The notes under the pieces: model-generated
The model's database searches: none
Told to the model about the DNA's origin: nothing
What the model saw: the letters and a program-made list of their open reading frames with translations, nothing else
Shown here: one piece after another, positions 9,379-19,735 of the stretch
Layout of the letters: each line of letters begins with the position of its first letter
How positions within the stretch are numbered: position 1 is the first letter of the stretch
Made by a program: the position numbers and the translations under genes
Source: an uncultured Lachnospiraceae bacterium
Lineage (GTDB): Bacteria > Bacillota > Clostridia > TANB77 > CAG-508
DNA length: 64,000 nt
Assembly (NCBI GenBank): GCA_964584475.1
Contig: CAZPAF010000001.1
Span: 22,094 to 86,093, forward strand
Reading direction: 5' to 3'

Positions 9379-10458
9379 TTAAATTATAAAATATGCTATT
9401 CCATATATAATACTAGGCACGCAACACATTAAGCACTTTGTTAAATTTATAATAGCTTTTCCAATTCCTGTTTTTTCTTCTTTTGTTTTTTTAAAATTTA
9501 TTTTTGAAATTTCATAAACTACAGCTAAAAGAATCAATTCCATTGGTGGAAGTGCTATTCCCATAGTTGTCGTTAAATTTCCTGCTAGAATTGCCATAAA
9601 TAATAATAAGCAATAATTAAATTTATAATCATTTTCTTCTGCTTTAATAAATAAAAGAATTATCAAAGGTAAAATCATACTTGCAAGAAGTGCTTTTCCT
9701 TGCCAAATTCTAATCATGAAAAATGAAAATGTGGTTCTTACAGAATAATTCCCCCATATATTTATAATGCTCATTATCATCAAAAAAGAATATACTTGTT
9801 TTTGATTTTTCTTAAATATTTCATTTCCAATTAATCCATAGATCATATAAACAAGCGGAACAAAAATTATTGGTAATATTGTGTGAGCTACTATTGCTGG
9901 ATGAGTATCAATAGCTTTTGATATTATAGCTAAATATATTGGAAATGGTCCTAATCTATATCTAGAAAGTTGATTTTCTACATTTTCCTCTCCAGTTGCT
10001 GCAGAATATTTAAACAAACTATCTGTTTGAACAGCTACAGTTGCTGTTCCTACATAAAAAGAATCGTCATCATCAATATGCATATATCCAACATATGAAT
10101 ATACTTGCAAACCTATTAAAACAGTTGTTAATATGGCTAATAATTTTGGAGTTTCTTTTATGTATTTGAAAATTGATATAAATATTTCTTTAATTTTTGT
10201 TAAATTTATAACAATAGATAATCCACATATAGCAGCAATTATCTTAGTTAAAACACGCATTAATTCAGTAAGAGTTTTTTCCATATAGATATATGGGACT
10301 GTAACAATTTGACAAATTGCAAATTCAAATACATATCCCATTATAAACGCTAAAAATAAATTAGTATTTTCTTTTTTTAAAAATCTTAGCAAAAATAATC
10401 CTAGTAATTCCGGTATTATAAAAAGTACTAATACTATTGTTAATCCTTTTTCTAACAT
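9379..10458 (-). CDS. Polytopic membrane protein with acidic loop (GT-C-like candidate), unknown family
   Basis: 359 aa with about 9-10 TM segments. The loop MHIDDDDSFYVG follows the early helices. Its start overlaps the upstream stop as TAATG. Confidence 0.5.
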   Translation of the reverse strand: MLEKGLTIVLVLFIIPELLGLFLLRFLKKENTNLFLAFIMGYVFEFAICQIVTVPYIYMEKTLTELMRVLTKIIAAICGLSIVINLTKIKEIFISIFKYIKETPKLLAILTTVLIGLQVYSYVGYMHIDDDDSFYVGTATVAVQTDSLFKYSAATGEENVENQLSRYRLGPFPIYLAIISKAIDTHPAIVAHTILPIIFVPLVYMIYGLIGNEIFKKNQKQVYSFLMIMSIINIWGNYSVRTTFSFFMIRIWQGKALLASMILPLIILLFIKAEENDYKFNYCLLLFMAILAGNLTTTMGIALPPMELILLAVVYEISKINFKKTKEEKTGIGKAIINLTKCLMCCVPSIIYGIAYFII

Positions 10459-11846
10459 TAAATTTCCTCAACTTTCTCTTGTTTTTCTTCTTTCAAAATT
10501 TCTCTTACGTCACTCTTGTACTTAGTTATATGTCTTCTTCCAATCCTTGCTTCTTTATGTTTTTCTTTTATATTATCGTCTTGTTCTACTTTACTGTTAG
10601 CATGTAATAATGGTATTGTTACAAAAAATATTAAACATAGTGTGTCTGAACATCCTATCGAAAATCTTCCGACACTTTCAAAATACATATAAATCGCATA
10701 TGAAACAAACATCGATAAATATATACTCTTATATTTCCATCCCATTTTACTTCTAAGCATTGTTATAATAATTATTAAATATAAAATAATAAAATATACA
10801 AGTTCTAATATACCACCAGAAACTAAAAATTCTACATATGTATTATGAAATTGTGTTACTCTATATTTTTCTATTAATCTTTCTGCTTTAAATCTTCCTA
10901 TTCCAAAATATGTATTTACATTTGAAAGCAATAATTCTTCTTCTGCTAAGTCCCAGAATTTTGTTCTTCCAGTAAATGTTTCAACTGTATCTAATCTCAA
11001 AATTCTATCCATTAATTCTGGATTATATTCATTTAATTTGTTTACTCCTGTAAATAAACAAACTGTTCCTAGTATACCTACTAGAATTTTAAAAATAAAT
11101 TTAATTTTGTTTGTTAGTAAAAACCACAAAGCAAAAAATATTAATGCAACTGCTGTTCCTGTTCTAGAAAATGTAAGAACCATATTAAACCAAAATAAAA
11201 TAAATGCTAGTCCTAAATATAATTTATACCAAATTTTATTTTTCTTTTGAAATAAAAATACTATAGCAATTATTGATGTTACTAAATACATAGCAAATTG
11301 ATTTTTATGAGCAAAAAAGCTTTTTACAGCCTTTGCTTTTTCTGTTGTTTCTACTAATTTTAAATGAATTAATATATCGTCATAAAATAGAATAATATTT
11401 TGCACACATGCTACAATTCCCATAAGCACAATCAAGTTCATAAAAACATTTAAAGATTTTTCTTCTATCTTTAATCCAAAAATTAAAACATATAATAATA
11501 ATAAATTTACAAATTTACATGCAATATTTGCAAAATCTAAAATTTCATAATCATTATTTCGATATGCGATATATTGAATTATAGTTGATACAGCTGTAAC
11601 TATTAATAATAGTACAAAATTTATAACAACTTCTTTAGTAAATTTTATTTTTTTAATATAATATAATGCTAAAATTACACATTCTATTGCCATCGCTATA
11701 ACCATTGGTTTTACCCCAACAGCAAAAGATTCTTTAGTTTCAATATTTAACTCTATCAATGGAATAAAATTTATTAATATTATTAAAAATAACAAAAATG
11801 GTAATAGATTTTGACTTGTTATTTTTTCTTTTATTTTTTCAAACAT
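10458..11846 (-). CDS. O-antigen ligase/polymerase-like (Wzy_C-type) membrane protein
   Basis: 462 aa and polytopic, with a FSRTGTAVA block plus a large loop with FHNTYVEFLVSGGILE, typical of the O-antigen ligase/polymerase family. Lys/Glu-rich cytoplasmic tail. Confidence 0.7.
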   Translation of the reverse strand: MFEKIKEKITSQNLLPFLLFLIILINFIPLIELNIETKESFAVGVKPMVIAMAIECVILALYYIKKIKFTKEVVINFVLLLIVTAVSTIIQYIAYRNNDYEILDFANIACKFVNLLLLYVLIFGLKIEEKSLNVFMNLIVLMGIVACVQNIILFYDDILIHLKLVETTEKAKAVKSFFAHKNQFAMYLVTSIIAIVFLFQKKNKIWYKLYLGLAFILFWFNMVLTFSRTGTAVALIFFALWFLLTNKIKFIFKILVGILGTVCLFTGVNKLNEYNPELMDRILRLDTVETFTGRTKFWDLAEEELLLSNVNTYFGIGRFKAERLIEKYRVTQFHNTYVEFLVSGGILELVYFIILYLIIIITMLRSKMGWKYKSIYLSMFVSYAIYMYFESVGRFSIGCSDTLCLIFFVTIPLLHANSKVEQDDNIKEKHKEARIGRRHITKYKSDVREILKEEKQEKVEEI

Positions 11847-11849
11847 TTT

Positions 11850-13130
11850 TTATATCTTGTCTCCTTCGTTTTTTAACTTTTCTTCTTTCTTACAACTATT
11901 AGCATGTAATAGTGGAATGGTCACAAAGAAAATTAAACACAATGTATCAGAACTTCCTATTGAAAATCTTCCAAAACTTTCAAAACATATATAAATTGCA
12001 AAAGTAATAAACATTGCTCTATATAGATTTTTATATTTCTTATCCATATCACTTTTAAATACTTTTCTAATTACACTCCAATAAATATATAGAACAAATA
12101 CAAGTTCCATTATTCCACCAGTTATTAAAGAATCTATATAAATATTATGGAACTGTGAAAACGATTTCTTTTCAAATTTTAAAAGTTCAGTTCCTTCAAA
12201 TCTTCCAACTCCAAAAAGTATATTTATTGGACTTTCCTTTAAAAGGTTAATTCCTCTAGCCCAGATATCTGTTCTTCCTGACAAATCTTTGATTCTTTCA
12301 AATCTAACTAATTTTTGGATTAAACTTGGATTAATTTCATTTATAACATACATTATACCAATTAAACAGATTATTCCAAGTACTAATAATATAAATTTTG
12401 TTTTTTTATTTAATTTGTCTGTTAATAAAAAATAAATAAATACAAAAATTCCTACTGCTAAAATTCCAGTTCTAGACATTGTAAAAAATAAATTTACAAA
12501 GAAAAGCGCTAAAAGCAATTTATGTATTAATTTATTTTCTTTTAATATCATAAATAGGTCTGCAATTATAGCAACGTACATAAAAAATGCAAATTGATTT
12601 CTATTTGCGAAAAAACTTTTTATATTAACCATAAATGCACCTTTTTGAAGTCCTAAAGTCTGAAGTATTTCATCAAAATATAAAATCATATTATTTAGAC
12701 AGCCTAAAATACCAAATATAACCATTGCATTCATAAAATATGCAATATATTTTTCTTCACTTTTAGTATTTAATACTGCAATAAATAGCAACAATATATT
12801 AATAAATTGACATGCAATATTTGCAACATCCATTATTTGGTATTCGCCAGTTATAAAGTTTTTAATTTGAATAATAAGTAAAACTAAAGAAACTAGAGAT
12901 AGTACAATTAAGTTTTTTTTCATTTCTTTTGTAAAATCTATTTTTTTAAAAAAATAAAACAAAAGTAAAGTACATTCAATCCCAAAGCAAAACACCATTG
13001 GAATAACTCCAACTCCATGAGATTCTTTACTTATCATATTAGGGATTATTAATGGTATATAATTTATTAATATTATAAAAAATAAAATAATTGGTAAATT
13101 AATTTTATCTTTTATTTTTTCAAAGTTCAT
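11850..13130 (-). CDS. O-antigen ligase/polymerase-like membrane protein (paralog of 10458-11846)
   Basis: Same topology and blocks (MSRTGILAVG; FHNIYIDSLITGGIMEL). The C-terminal GRFSIG(C/S)SDTLCLIFFVTIPLLHANS is nearly identical to the neighbour. Confidence 0.7.
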   Translation of the reverse strand: MNFEKIKDKINLPIILFFIILINYIPLIIPNMISKESHGVGVIPMVFCFGIECTLLLFYFFKKIDFTKEMKKNLIVLSLVSLVLLIIQIKNFITGEYQIMDVANIACQFINILLLFIAVLNTKSEEKYIAYFMNAMVIFGILGCLNNMILYFDEILQTLGLQKGAFMVNIKSFFANRNQFAFFMYVAIIADLFMILKENKLIHKLLLALFFVNLFFTMSRTGILAVGIFVFIYFLLTDKLNKKTKFILLVLGIICLIGIMYVINEINPSLIQKLVRFERIKDLSGRTDIWARGINLLKESPINILFGVGRFEGTELLKFEKKSFSQFHNIYIDSLITGGIMELVFVLYIYWSVIRKVFKSDMDKKYKNLYRAMFITFAIYICFESFGRFSIGSSDTLCLIFFVTIPLLHANSCKKEEKLKNEGDKI

Positions 13131-14341
13131 TAAACCTTTTCCTCCTCTTTAGTAGATGTCAGTAATATTATAAATGAAATCCAAAGTACAATTTTCGATA
13201 TTAAATTAGCAATAGCAAATCCCATTAATCCATAATTTTTGCTTAAAGTATATCCACATATCATAAATATTATTAGATATACGACATAAGAAATTACTAA
13301 TTTATTTGTATTACTAAATTTTAGTAACACTGATTTTATCAATGTCGCTGCTGTTCCAACACCACTTGCTATTGATATTGGAATTATTAAAATTAATGCT
13401 TCTGCTAAATATTGACTATACAAAATCTTTAGTGCAATGTAAGTTAGCGGAATAGTCAATATTGTAACTGCCAATATAACTGGGATATTAGCTAAAATTG
13501 TCATTTTAATAATTTTCTTTTTGCTAGATTCTCCTCTTGAATTTGAAACCCAAGATAAAATCACACTAGACATTGGATTTGTAATCAAACTTGTAATTTT
13601 AGTCATTGAATTTACTGCATAATATGCTGCAACAGACGCTGCACCAAACATTGGATATATCAAGAATTTATCAAAATAATTCATTAAGTTTGTTAATAAT
13701 GAAACTAAACCAAGTTTAAAGAATTTTTTTACTGTATTTAACATTTCTACAGTTTTTGAAAGTTTCATTTTTAATAAATCTGAATTTTTTAATGCATATA
13801 TCACAGATATTAATTCTGGAATTAATAAAAGTAAATATATATTTTTATAAAAGTAAAAAATTCCTAAACTAATTATTATTCCAACTAAATAGCAAACATT
13901 TTGCATAATAACTTTTGCATATTTTTGTTCTAATCTATAATAACATGTTGCATATAATCTTACATTTGCCATCAAGATAGTTAGTACAAGCAATAGACTT
14001 CCTAATACTGAATATTTCAAATATATTAAAATCGGAAATACTATAATTGCAATTATTGGAGAAATTATAGCTAAAATTCTAGTAAAATCTCCTATTATTT
14101 TTTTCTCTTTATATTCACTATCTCTTATTAATCTAACATTTCCAAGTTCTCCACCTGTAACATTACATACTACATTTAATATTGATATGTACAGTACAAT
14201 ACTTGAATATATATCATCATTTACAAGTTTTGCTAGAATTGGTAATAATAATATTTGCTGTGCAATAATATAAATACCAAATCCTATCATATTCAAAACC
14301 ATATCAGAAAAAAACACTTTGTATTTTTTGAAAAAGTTCAT
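13130..14341 (-). CDS. Wzx-type oligosaccharide flippase (MOP superfamily)
   Basis: About 12 TM segments with polysaccharide-biosynthesis-protein-like composition. The ATG at 14341 has GAAAGGAA upstream and avoids overlap with the GT4 stop at 14364. Confidence 0.7.
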   Translation of the reverse strand: MNFFKKYKVFFSDMVLNMIGFGIYIIAQQILLLPILAKLVNDDIYSSIVLYISILNVVCNVTGGELGNVRLIRDSEYKEKKIIGDFTRILAIISPIIAIIVFPILIYLKYSVLGSLLLVLTILMANVRLYATCYYRLEQKYAKVIMQNVCYLVGIIISLGIFYFYKNIYLLLLIPELISVIYALKNSDLLKMKLSKTVEMLNTVKKFFKLGLVSLLTNLMNYFDKFLIYPMFGAASVAAYYAVNSMTKITSLITNPMSSVILSWVSNSRGESSKKKIIKMTILANIPVILAVTILTIPLTYIALKILYSQYLAEALILIIPISIASGVGTAATLIKSVLLKFSNTNKLVISYVVYLIIFMICGYTLSKNYGLMGFAIANLISKIVLWISFIILLTSTKEEEKV

Positions 14342-14363
14342 TTTATTTCCTTTCAAAATCATT

Positions 14364-15563
14364 TTATACTTCAATTAATTCTTTTATTTCTCTATAAGTT
14401 CTTGCTCTATCAAATTTTTCTTCTGCTAATTTTCTATTATTTTTTCCAAGACGCTCTCTTAAATTTTCGTCTTTATATAATAGTTCTATTTTTTCTGCAA
14501 GTTCTACTGTATTACCGTTTTCAACATTATATCCTATTTGATAGTCCTCTACTAATTTTCTATACTCTTTAGATTCTTGAGTATTAACAACTGGAAGTCC
14601 TGCTGCTGCATAATCTCCAACTTTATTTATAATACTTCCAGCAGATCCTTTTCTTATTGGATTTACTGCAATTTGACAAGCACATAGTCTTCCTATCATT
14701 TCATCATATGCTAGTCTTCCTGTGAAGTCACAGTTTACTTTTTGTTCTTTTGCATATGCTTCAAAATCTTCTTGAAGTGGCCCATTTCCCATAAGAACAA
14801 ATAAAATATTTTTTATTCCTTTGTCATTTAGAATTTTAATACTATCTATCACACATTTTATATCATAACTACTTCCTAACGTTCCAACATATGCAATTCT
14901 TATTACATCATCATTATGAGTTATTTGATTTTTTTCTTTTGTTTCATCAAATTTTTCTAAATCAGTTCCTAAAAATACGCTTAATTTTTTCTCAAATTTC
15001 TTATTTACAATAGCTGCTCTATTTGCATAAGTTTTAGAAACAGCAACAATACAATTTGCTTTTGAATATATATAATCTGCTTTTTTTTTCATTGGGTAGA
15101 AAATGATATCACTAATTATTGGTATATTAAATACCATCTTAAATGCTTCTGGCCATAAATCTTGTATGTCTATTATAAATTTTATATCATTATTTTCAGC
15201 ATATTTGGCTGCAACTTTTGCAACATCCAAAGATGGCACAGCTGAGTATATTACATCTGGTTTTTCAATTTGTCCTAAATGTTTTTCAACATTTTTAGCA
15301 AATACATGATGTGAATAAAATCTTTTTAAAGAAACATTTTTCTTATATCCTGGTTCATCAATTAATGTTATTTGGTAATCTAATTTCATTTCTTCTGGCT
15401 GTTTTTCTCTTTGTCTTTTATCTCCATGAGAAAAACTAGAAGTCACAAGTTCAACATCATATTTTTCTTTATTAATTAAATCAATTATGTAAGGAAATCT
15501 ACTGTTTCCTTGTTCCCATGGTAATTTAGTAAAATTTGCAATTATTAAAATTTTCTTTTTCAA
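14364..15563 (-). CDS. Glycosyltransferase family 4
   Basis: 399 aa with a C-terminal GT-B block ...AVNPIRKGSAGSIINKVGDYAAAGLPVV... (EX7E-like region). TTG start with AAGGGTG upstream. Confidence 0.8.
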   Translation of the reverse strand: MKKKILIIANFTKLPWEQGNSRFPYIIDLINKEKYDVELVTSSFSHGDKRQREKQPEEMKLDYQITLIDEPGYKKNVSLKRFYSHHVFAKNVEKHLGQIEKPDVIYSAVPSLDVAKVAAKYAENNDIKFIIDIQDLWPEAFKMVFNIPIISDIIFYPMKKKADYIYSKANCIVAVSKTYANRAAIVNKKFEKKLSVFLGTDLEKFDETKEKNQITHNDDVIRIAYVGTLGSSYDIKCVIDSIKILNDKGIKNILFVLMGNGPLQEDFEAYAKEQKVNCDFTGRLAYDEMIGRLCACQIAVNPIRKGSAGSIINKVGDYAAAGLPVVNTQESKEYRKLVEDYQIGYNVENGNTVELAEKIELLYKDENLRERLGKNNRKLAEEKFDRARTYREIKELIEV

Positions 15564-15603
15564 TTTAAATCACACCCTTTTTATATTCTTTTGTTTTTAT
15601 ATA

Positions 15604-16587
15604 TTATTGTTTTCTATATACTGGAAAAAATTGTTCATCTTTATCTATGTTTTTCATTTCACACAATTTATTATATATTTCTTGGTTCCATATTTTTTTG
15701 CCAATATAAAATTCCACATCATAAACCCTAGCAAAATTTTTCTTAAACAAATATAAACTATCTTCTTCACTATTTGAACGCCCACCACCATGATGTATTA
15801 ATTTATATCCGTTTTTTATTCCCCATTCTGCAATAGCATATCTTAAAATATAAGCTGGAGATAAGAATAAATATTCATTTAAAGTTCCTGATAAGTGTAT
15901 GTGAATAATATCTTTATAAATAAAATATAATCCTGCTGCTATTGTTTTCCCTTCAAAATAGGCTTCTATTAAAACTAAATTTTCTTTATAATATTTTAAA
16001 ATATCATTAAAATATTCATCATCAAAATAATAATAATCTGTTGCATTATTTCTGTCCATTGTTGAATAATATATTTCTTTAAAAGAACCTATTGAATCAG
16101 GGCTCATTGTTACTTTGTAACTTACTCCTCTATTTAATGCTTGTCTTATATTTTTTCTTGCACTTTTTCCAAATTGATTTGTTATTGGATCGTCTTCATC
16201 AAGTTTTGTAATTAAAGTTTTTCTCATATACTGAGCATTATACATTTTTTCAAAATCTTCATAATTTTTTACAATTGGATGAAATCTTACAAATTCACTA
16301 ACAATATCATTTTCTATACAATATTTAGCAAATTCTTTTTCGAAATTTTCTAATAATTTTTCTTTATTATTTGCAAATTCAATTACTGGTCCACCATATC
16401 CATATGGAGTTACTAAATCATAGTACACTTTTCCATCAATTTTTTCTGGTATTTTTCTTTTTAAAAATTGATTTGTAATTTTTCCATTTTCGTCTTCATA
16501 CGTAAAAATTTGTGCAATTCCATTCTCTATTTTTTCATATAATTTTCCATAATTTTCATCAAAATATAAATCTATTGCTTCTTTCAA
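15604..16587 (-). CDS. FemAB-like (aminoacyl-tRNA-dependent peptidyl/aminoacyl transferase fold) protein
   Basis: 327 aa with two GNAT-like halves. The C-terminal block LIHHGGGRSNSEEDSLYLFKKNFA is typical of FemAB/BioF2-like acetyltransferase-fold proteins. TTG start with AAGGGGA upstream. Confidence 0.6.
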   Translation of the reverse strand: MKEAIDLYFDENYGKLYEKIENGIAQIFTYEDENGKITNQFLKRKIPEKIDGKVYYDLVTPYGYGGPVIEFANNKEKLLENFEKEFAKYCIENDIVSEFVRFHPIVKNYEDFEKMYNAQYMRKTLITKLDEDDPITNQFGKSARKNIRQALNRGVSYKVTMSPDSIGSFKEIYYSTMDRNNATDYYYFDDEYFNDILKYYKENLVLIEAYFEGKTIAAGLYFIYKDIIHIHLSGTLNEYLFLSPAYILRYAIAEWGIKNGYKLIHHGGGRSNSEEDSLYLFKKNFARVYDVEFYIGKKIWNQEIYNKLCEMKNIDKDEQFFPVYRKQ

Positions 16588-16599
16588 AATTATCCCCTT

Positions 16600-17643
16600 T
16601 TATTTATTAAAATAATTGATTATTAAATTTATATATTCTTCTGTTTGTTCTTTTCTATATCTTTGGTCGCATACTAAAGATAATTCTTTGTCAAAAATAT
16701 TATTTATTTTTTCATCTAGTGGCCAATGTATTGGTAAATATATATTTTTGCTAATCAAATAATTTCTTAGATCATTTCTTATTTCGTTTTTTACTAATAT
16801 TGGAACAAACAACAAACAATCATTTTCATCATAATTGTCCACTAAAAAGCGAATTTCTAAAATGTTTTTTAATTTTTCATATATTGTTTTTACATTTTCT
16901 TTTCTTTGATTTTTAATTTTTTCTAAATCAATTCCCATAATTATTTCAAAAGATTTTTCATCCATTAAATAATCTTTATAATCATTTTCTAAAATTTTAT
17001 TGCTTTCATTGTATTGATTTAAAAACTCTTCTTTTGAACCATCTTTATTTTCAATATATAATTTTTTATTTTGCATTGCTTTAGTTTTTGCATTTATTAA
17101 TTCTTCATTTTGTCTATCTTTAAGCTCAAGTTCAAATTTTGAATTCATTGCCACAGCTAAAGCACCACTACTTACTGGAAACCATTTTCTTAAACTTCCA
17201 ACTAAATAATCTGAATACTGGCTATATCTTTTTTCACTTAAAACAGAATGAGTAATATCTTCTATTACTATTTTTCCTTTTTCTTTAAATTTTTTAATAT
17301 ATTCTTCCATATTAGTCTCAGAATATCCAAAATAATTCATTGAAAAAAAGATGTCACATTCTTCTTCAAAATCTATATTGTATTTTAATCCTTCATTATA
17401 ATAAACATCATAATATTCTACTTCTATTCCTAAATCATCAAATGCTTGTACCATTGAAGCGCAAGAATAAGATGGCATATAAACTTTTTGAACATTTTGT
17501 TTTAATAATATATTTTTTAAAACATAATAAATAGAAGTTCTTCCTGATAAAGTAAATTTTACATCTTGTCCTATATTCCAAAATTCCCTATTATCACTAT
17601 TTAATTCTCCATCAAATTCCCAATATTCGCTTCCTATTTCCAT
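16600..17643 (-). CDS. PLP-dependent aminotransferase-fold protein (DegT/DnrJ/EryC1-like), tentative
   Basis: SGRTSIYYVLKNI...PSYSCASMVQAF...IEDITHS...GSLRKWFPVSSG (candidate Schiff-base Lys). The similarity is weak by eye. Confidence 0.45.
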   Translation of the reverse strand: MEIGSEYWEFDGELNSDNREFWNIGQDVKFTLSGRTSIYYVLKNILLKQNVQKVYMPSYSCASMVQAFDDLGIEVEYYDVYYNEGLKYNIDFEEECDIFFSMNYFGYSETNMEEYIKKFKEKGKIVIEDITHSVLSEKRYSQYSDYLVGSLRKWFPVSSGALAVAMNSKFELELKDRQNEELINAKTKAMQNKKLYIENKDGSKEEFLNQYNESNKILENDYKDYLMDEKSFEIIMGIDLEKIKNQRKENVKTIYEKLKNILEIRFLVDNYDENDCLLFVPILVKNEIRNDLRNYLISKNIYLPIHWPLDEKINNIFDKELSLVCDQRYRKEQTEEYINLIINYFNK

Positions 17644-17687
17644 TATTTTTCCTTATAACTTTTTTATTATTTATATTATATTATATT

Positions 17688-18446
17688 TTAATTTCTATTT
17701 ATTTTATAAATTCTATATTCTGAATCAACTTCATAACCTAATTTTTCTGCTAATCCTACTGAATCTAAATTTGCAGCATCCCAACTTGGGTACTTTTTTT
17801 GTTTTAAACACTCTAAAATCATGTTTGCTCCAAGCACTGTTCCTAAACCTTTATGTCTGTCTTGTTCTTCAATTTTTATATTAATTTCTAGACCATCATC
17901 ATATATTCCATTTGAAACAATAACTGCTATAATTTCATCATTTATATTTTTAGCACAAAATCCAATTCCATATTTTTCGAAGTTATCGCTCATTGTTATA
18001 TTGCAAGCAAAAGAATTTATTTCTTTAATTAGTTTATAATTATTTTCATCTATCTTTTCAATTTTATATCCATCACTTATTTTTAAAGAAAGTTCTTCTA
18101 ATTTTTCTTTATCAAATTTTGTATCCTTTTTTATAGAATATCTTTTATCTATTTCATATCTATCTTTATAGACCTCTTCTATAAGTTCATACCAATTTTC
18201 ATTTGCTATAATTGTTTTATAATAATCATCTAGTTCCATAAGATCTTGTTTTGCATTTTTACCATCTGGATTTCCATCTAAAAAACAAAATCTTCCAAGC
18301 AAAACAATAGCAAATTCAGGATTTTCTATATTATCAACAAAAACTTGTCCCATATATCCTTGAAGAGCAGACCTTGTCATATAAAACTTTATTTCTTTAA
18401 AAAACTTTTGACTTAAACTTAAGTTTCCATTTTCTAGTTTTATCAT
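17688..18446 (-). CDS. GNAT family N-acetyltransferase (ZmaR-like two-domain type)
   Basis: C-terminal HKGLGTVLGANMILECLKQKKYPSWDAANLDSVGLAEKLGYE is a typical GNAT acetyl-CoA / C-terminal block. Confidence 0.7.
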   Translation of the reverse strand: MIKLENGNLSLSQKFFKEIKFYMTRSALQGYMGQVFVDNIENPEFAIVLLGRFCFLDGNPDGKNAKQDLMELDDYYKTIIANENWYELIEEVYKDRYEIDKRYSIKKDTKFDKEKLEELSLKISDGYKIEKIDENNYKLIKEINSFACNITMSDNFEKYGIGFCAKNINDEIIAVIVSNGIYDDGLEINIKIEEQDRHKGLGTVLGANMILECLKQKKYPSWDAANLDSVGLAEKLGYEVDSEYRIYKINRN

Positions 18447-18469
18447 TTAAATTATATATTCCTTTCTAT

Positions 18470-19735
18470 TTAAGCTTTCCAATCTATCAATGCTTCAACA
18501 GAATTTGTAGAAAAACAATATATATTTTTATTTTTTCTTAGTTCATTTTTTAAAGTTTCATTATTTGATATAAATATTTCTTTTTTACTTACAACTTCTT
18601 TAAATTTTTCAAAATTTATCACTTTTGAAAAGATATTTTTATTTAATTTCTTTTCTTCTAATAATAAATCAATTTTTTCTTCATTTTTTGTAACTAATAT
18701 AATTTCTTTATTTTGGTTAATACATTGATATATGTACATCATTAAAAGTGTATTAATTATTTTTATATTTTCAAAGCAAGATTCAAAGTCTATATATACA
18801 GTATCATATTTTATATCCATTATAAATTTAGAGAAAAATTGTTTATCCACTTCAACATTTATATCATTAAAAATAATTTCTACATCTTGTCCATCAAAAT
18901 CTTTTAATGCCATAAGTGGTAGATTAACATCTAAACTTTTATTTAGAGCAAATGCTCCTGCAAGTCTTGTTGCAATTTCTAATAATTTATATTTTCCATT
19001 TTTATCTTTTTTTATTTGGAAAAACCAAAATCCTCTAAACTTAATTTCTTTATTTAAACTTTCCGCAATATATTTTATTTCTTCTGATAATTCTATTCTT
19101 CTTGCATGAACATCAATTCCTGCAAGCATTCTATCAGCGGCTCTTGGATTACAATATAATAATTTTCCTTCTTTATTTGTAAAACAATCTATTGTAACTT
19201 CTTCTCCCGGCAGATATTCACAAATTATCATATTTTCTATTAAAGAATATATTTCTAACTCTTCTTTATTTGTAACTTTATAAGCATTTCTTCCGCCTTG
19301 GTCTGTATCTTTTTTTATAAATACAGGAAACTCTTTTACTTCTTCTTTTTTGAAAATTTTAGGAATAAAATCATATTCTTTCATTTTTTCATAAGTCTTT
19401 GATTTATATCTACAAAGAAGTGCTGTTTCATATCCTGAACATACTATTGTTGCATTTATCTCATCTTTATGTTCTTGCATGAAAAGAGCTAAATCTTCAT
19501 GTGGAGCTAAAATAAATTTAAAATCATATTCTTCAATTTTTTGATTTAAAATTTCTATAAAATTTTCATCACTAATATTAGGAATATCTTCTATATAATT
19601 TTCATAGACATATATTCCATGATTTTTATTAGTAGATGCTCCCCATATTTCAAATTCATCATTGTATCTTAATGACATATTTATATCAGTTGATGCTAGT
19701 GTTCCACAATTTAATATTAATACTCTTTTTTTCAT
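18470..19735 (-). CDS. ATP-grasp domain ligase with extra C-terminal domain
   Basis: The N-terminal ~300 aa has ATP-grasp organisation (KKRVLILNCG...; FPVFIKKDTDQGGRNAYKV; ICEYLPGEEVTIDCF; LEIATRLAG). The last ~120 aa are unassigned. Confidence 0.65.
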   Translation of the reverse strand: MKKRVLILNCGTLASTDINMSLRYNDEFEIWGASTNKNHGIYVYENYIEDIPNISDENFIEILNQKIEEYDFKFILAPHEDLALFMQEHKDEINATIVCSGYETALLCRYKSKTYEKMKEYDFIPKIFKKEEVKEFPVFIKKDTDQGGRNAYKVTNKEELEIYSLIENMIICEYLPGEEVTIDCFTNKEGKLLYCNPRAADRMLAGIDVHARRIELSEEIKYIAESLNKEIKFRGFWFFQIKKDKNGKYKLLEIATRLAGAFALNKSLDVNLPLMALKDFDGQDVEIIFNDINVEVDKQFFSKFIMDIKYDTVYIDFESCFENIKIINTLLMMYIYQCINQNKEIILVTKNEEKIDLLLEEKKLNKNIFSKVINFEKFKEVVSKKEIFISNNETLKNELRKNKNIYCFSTNSVEALIDWKA

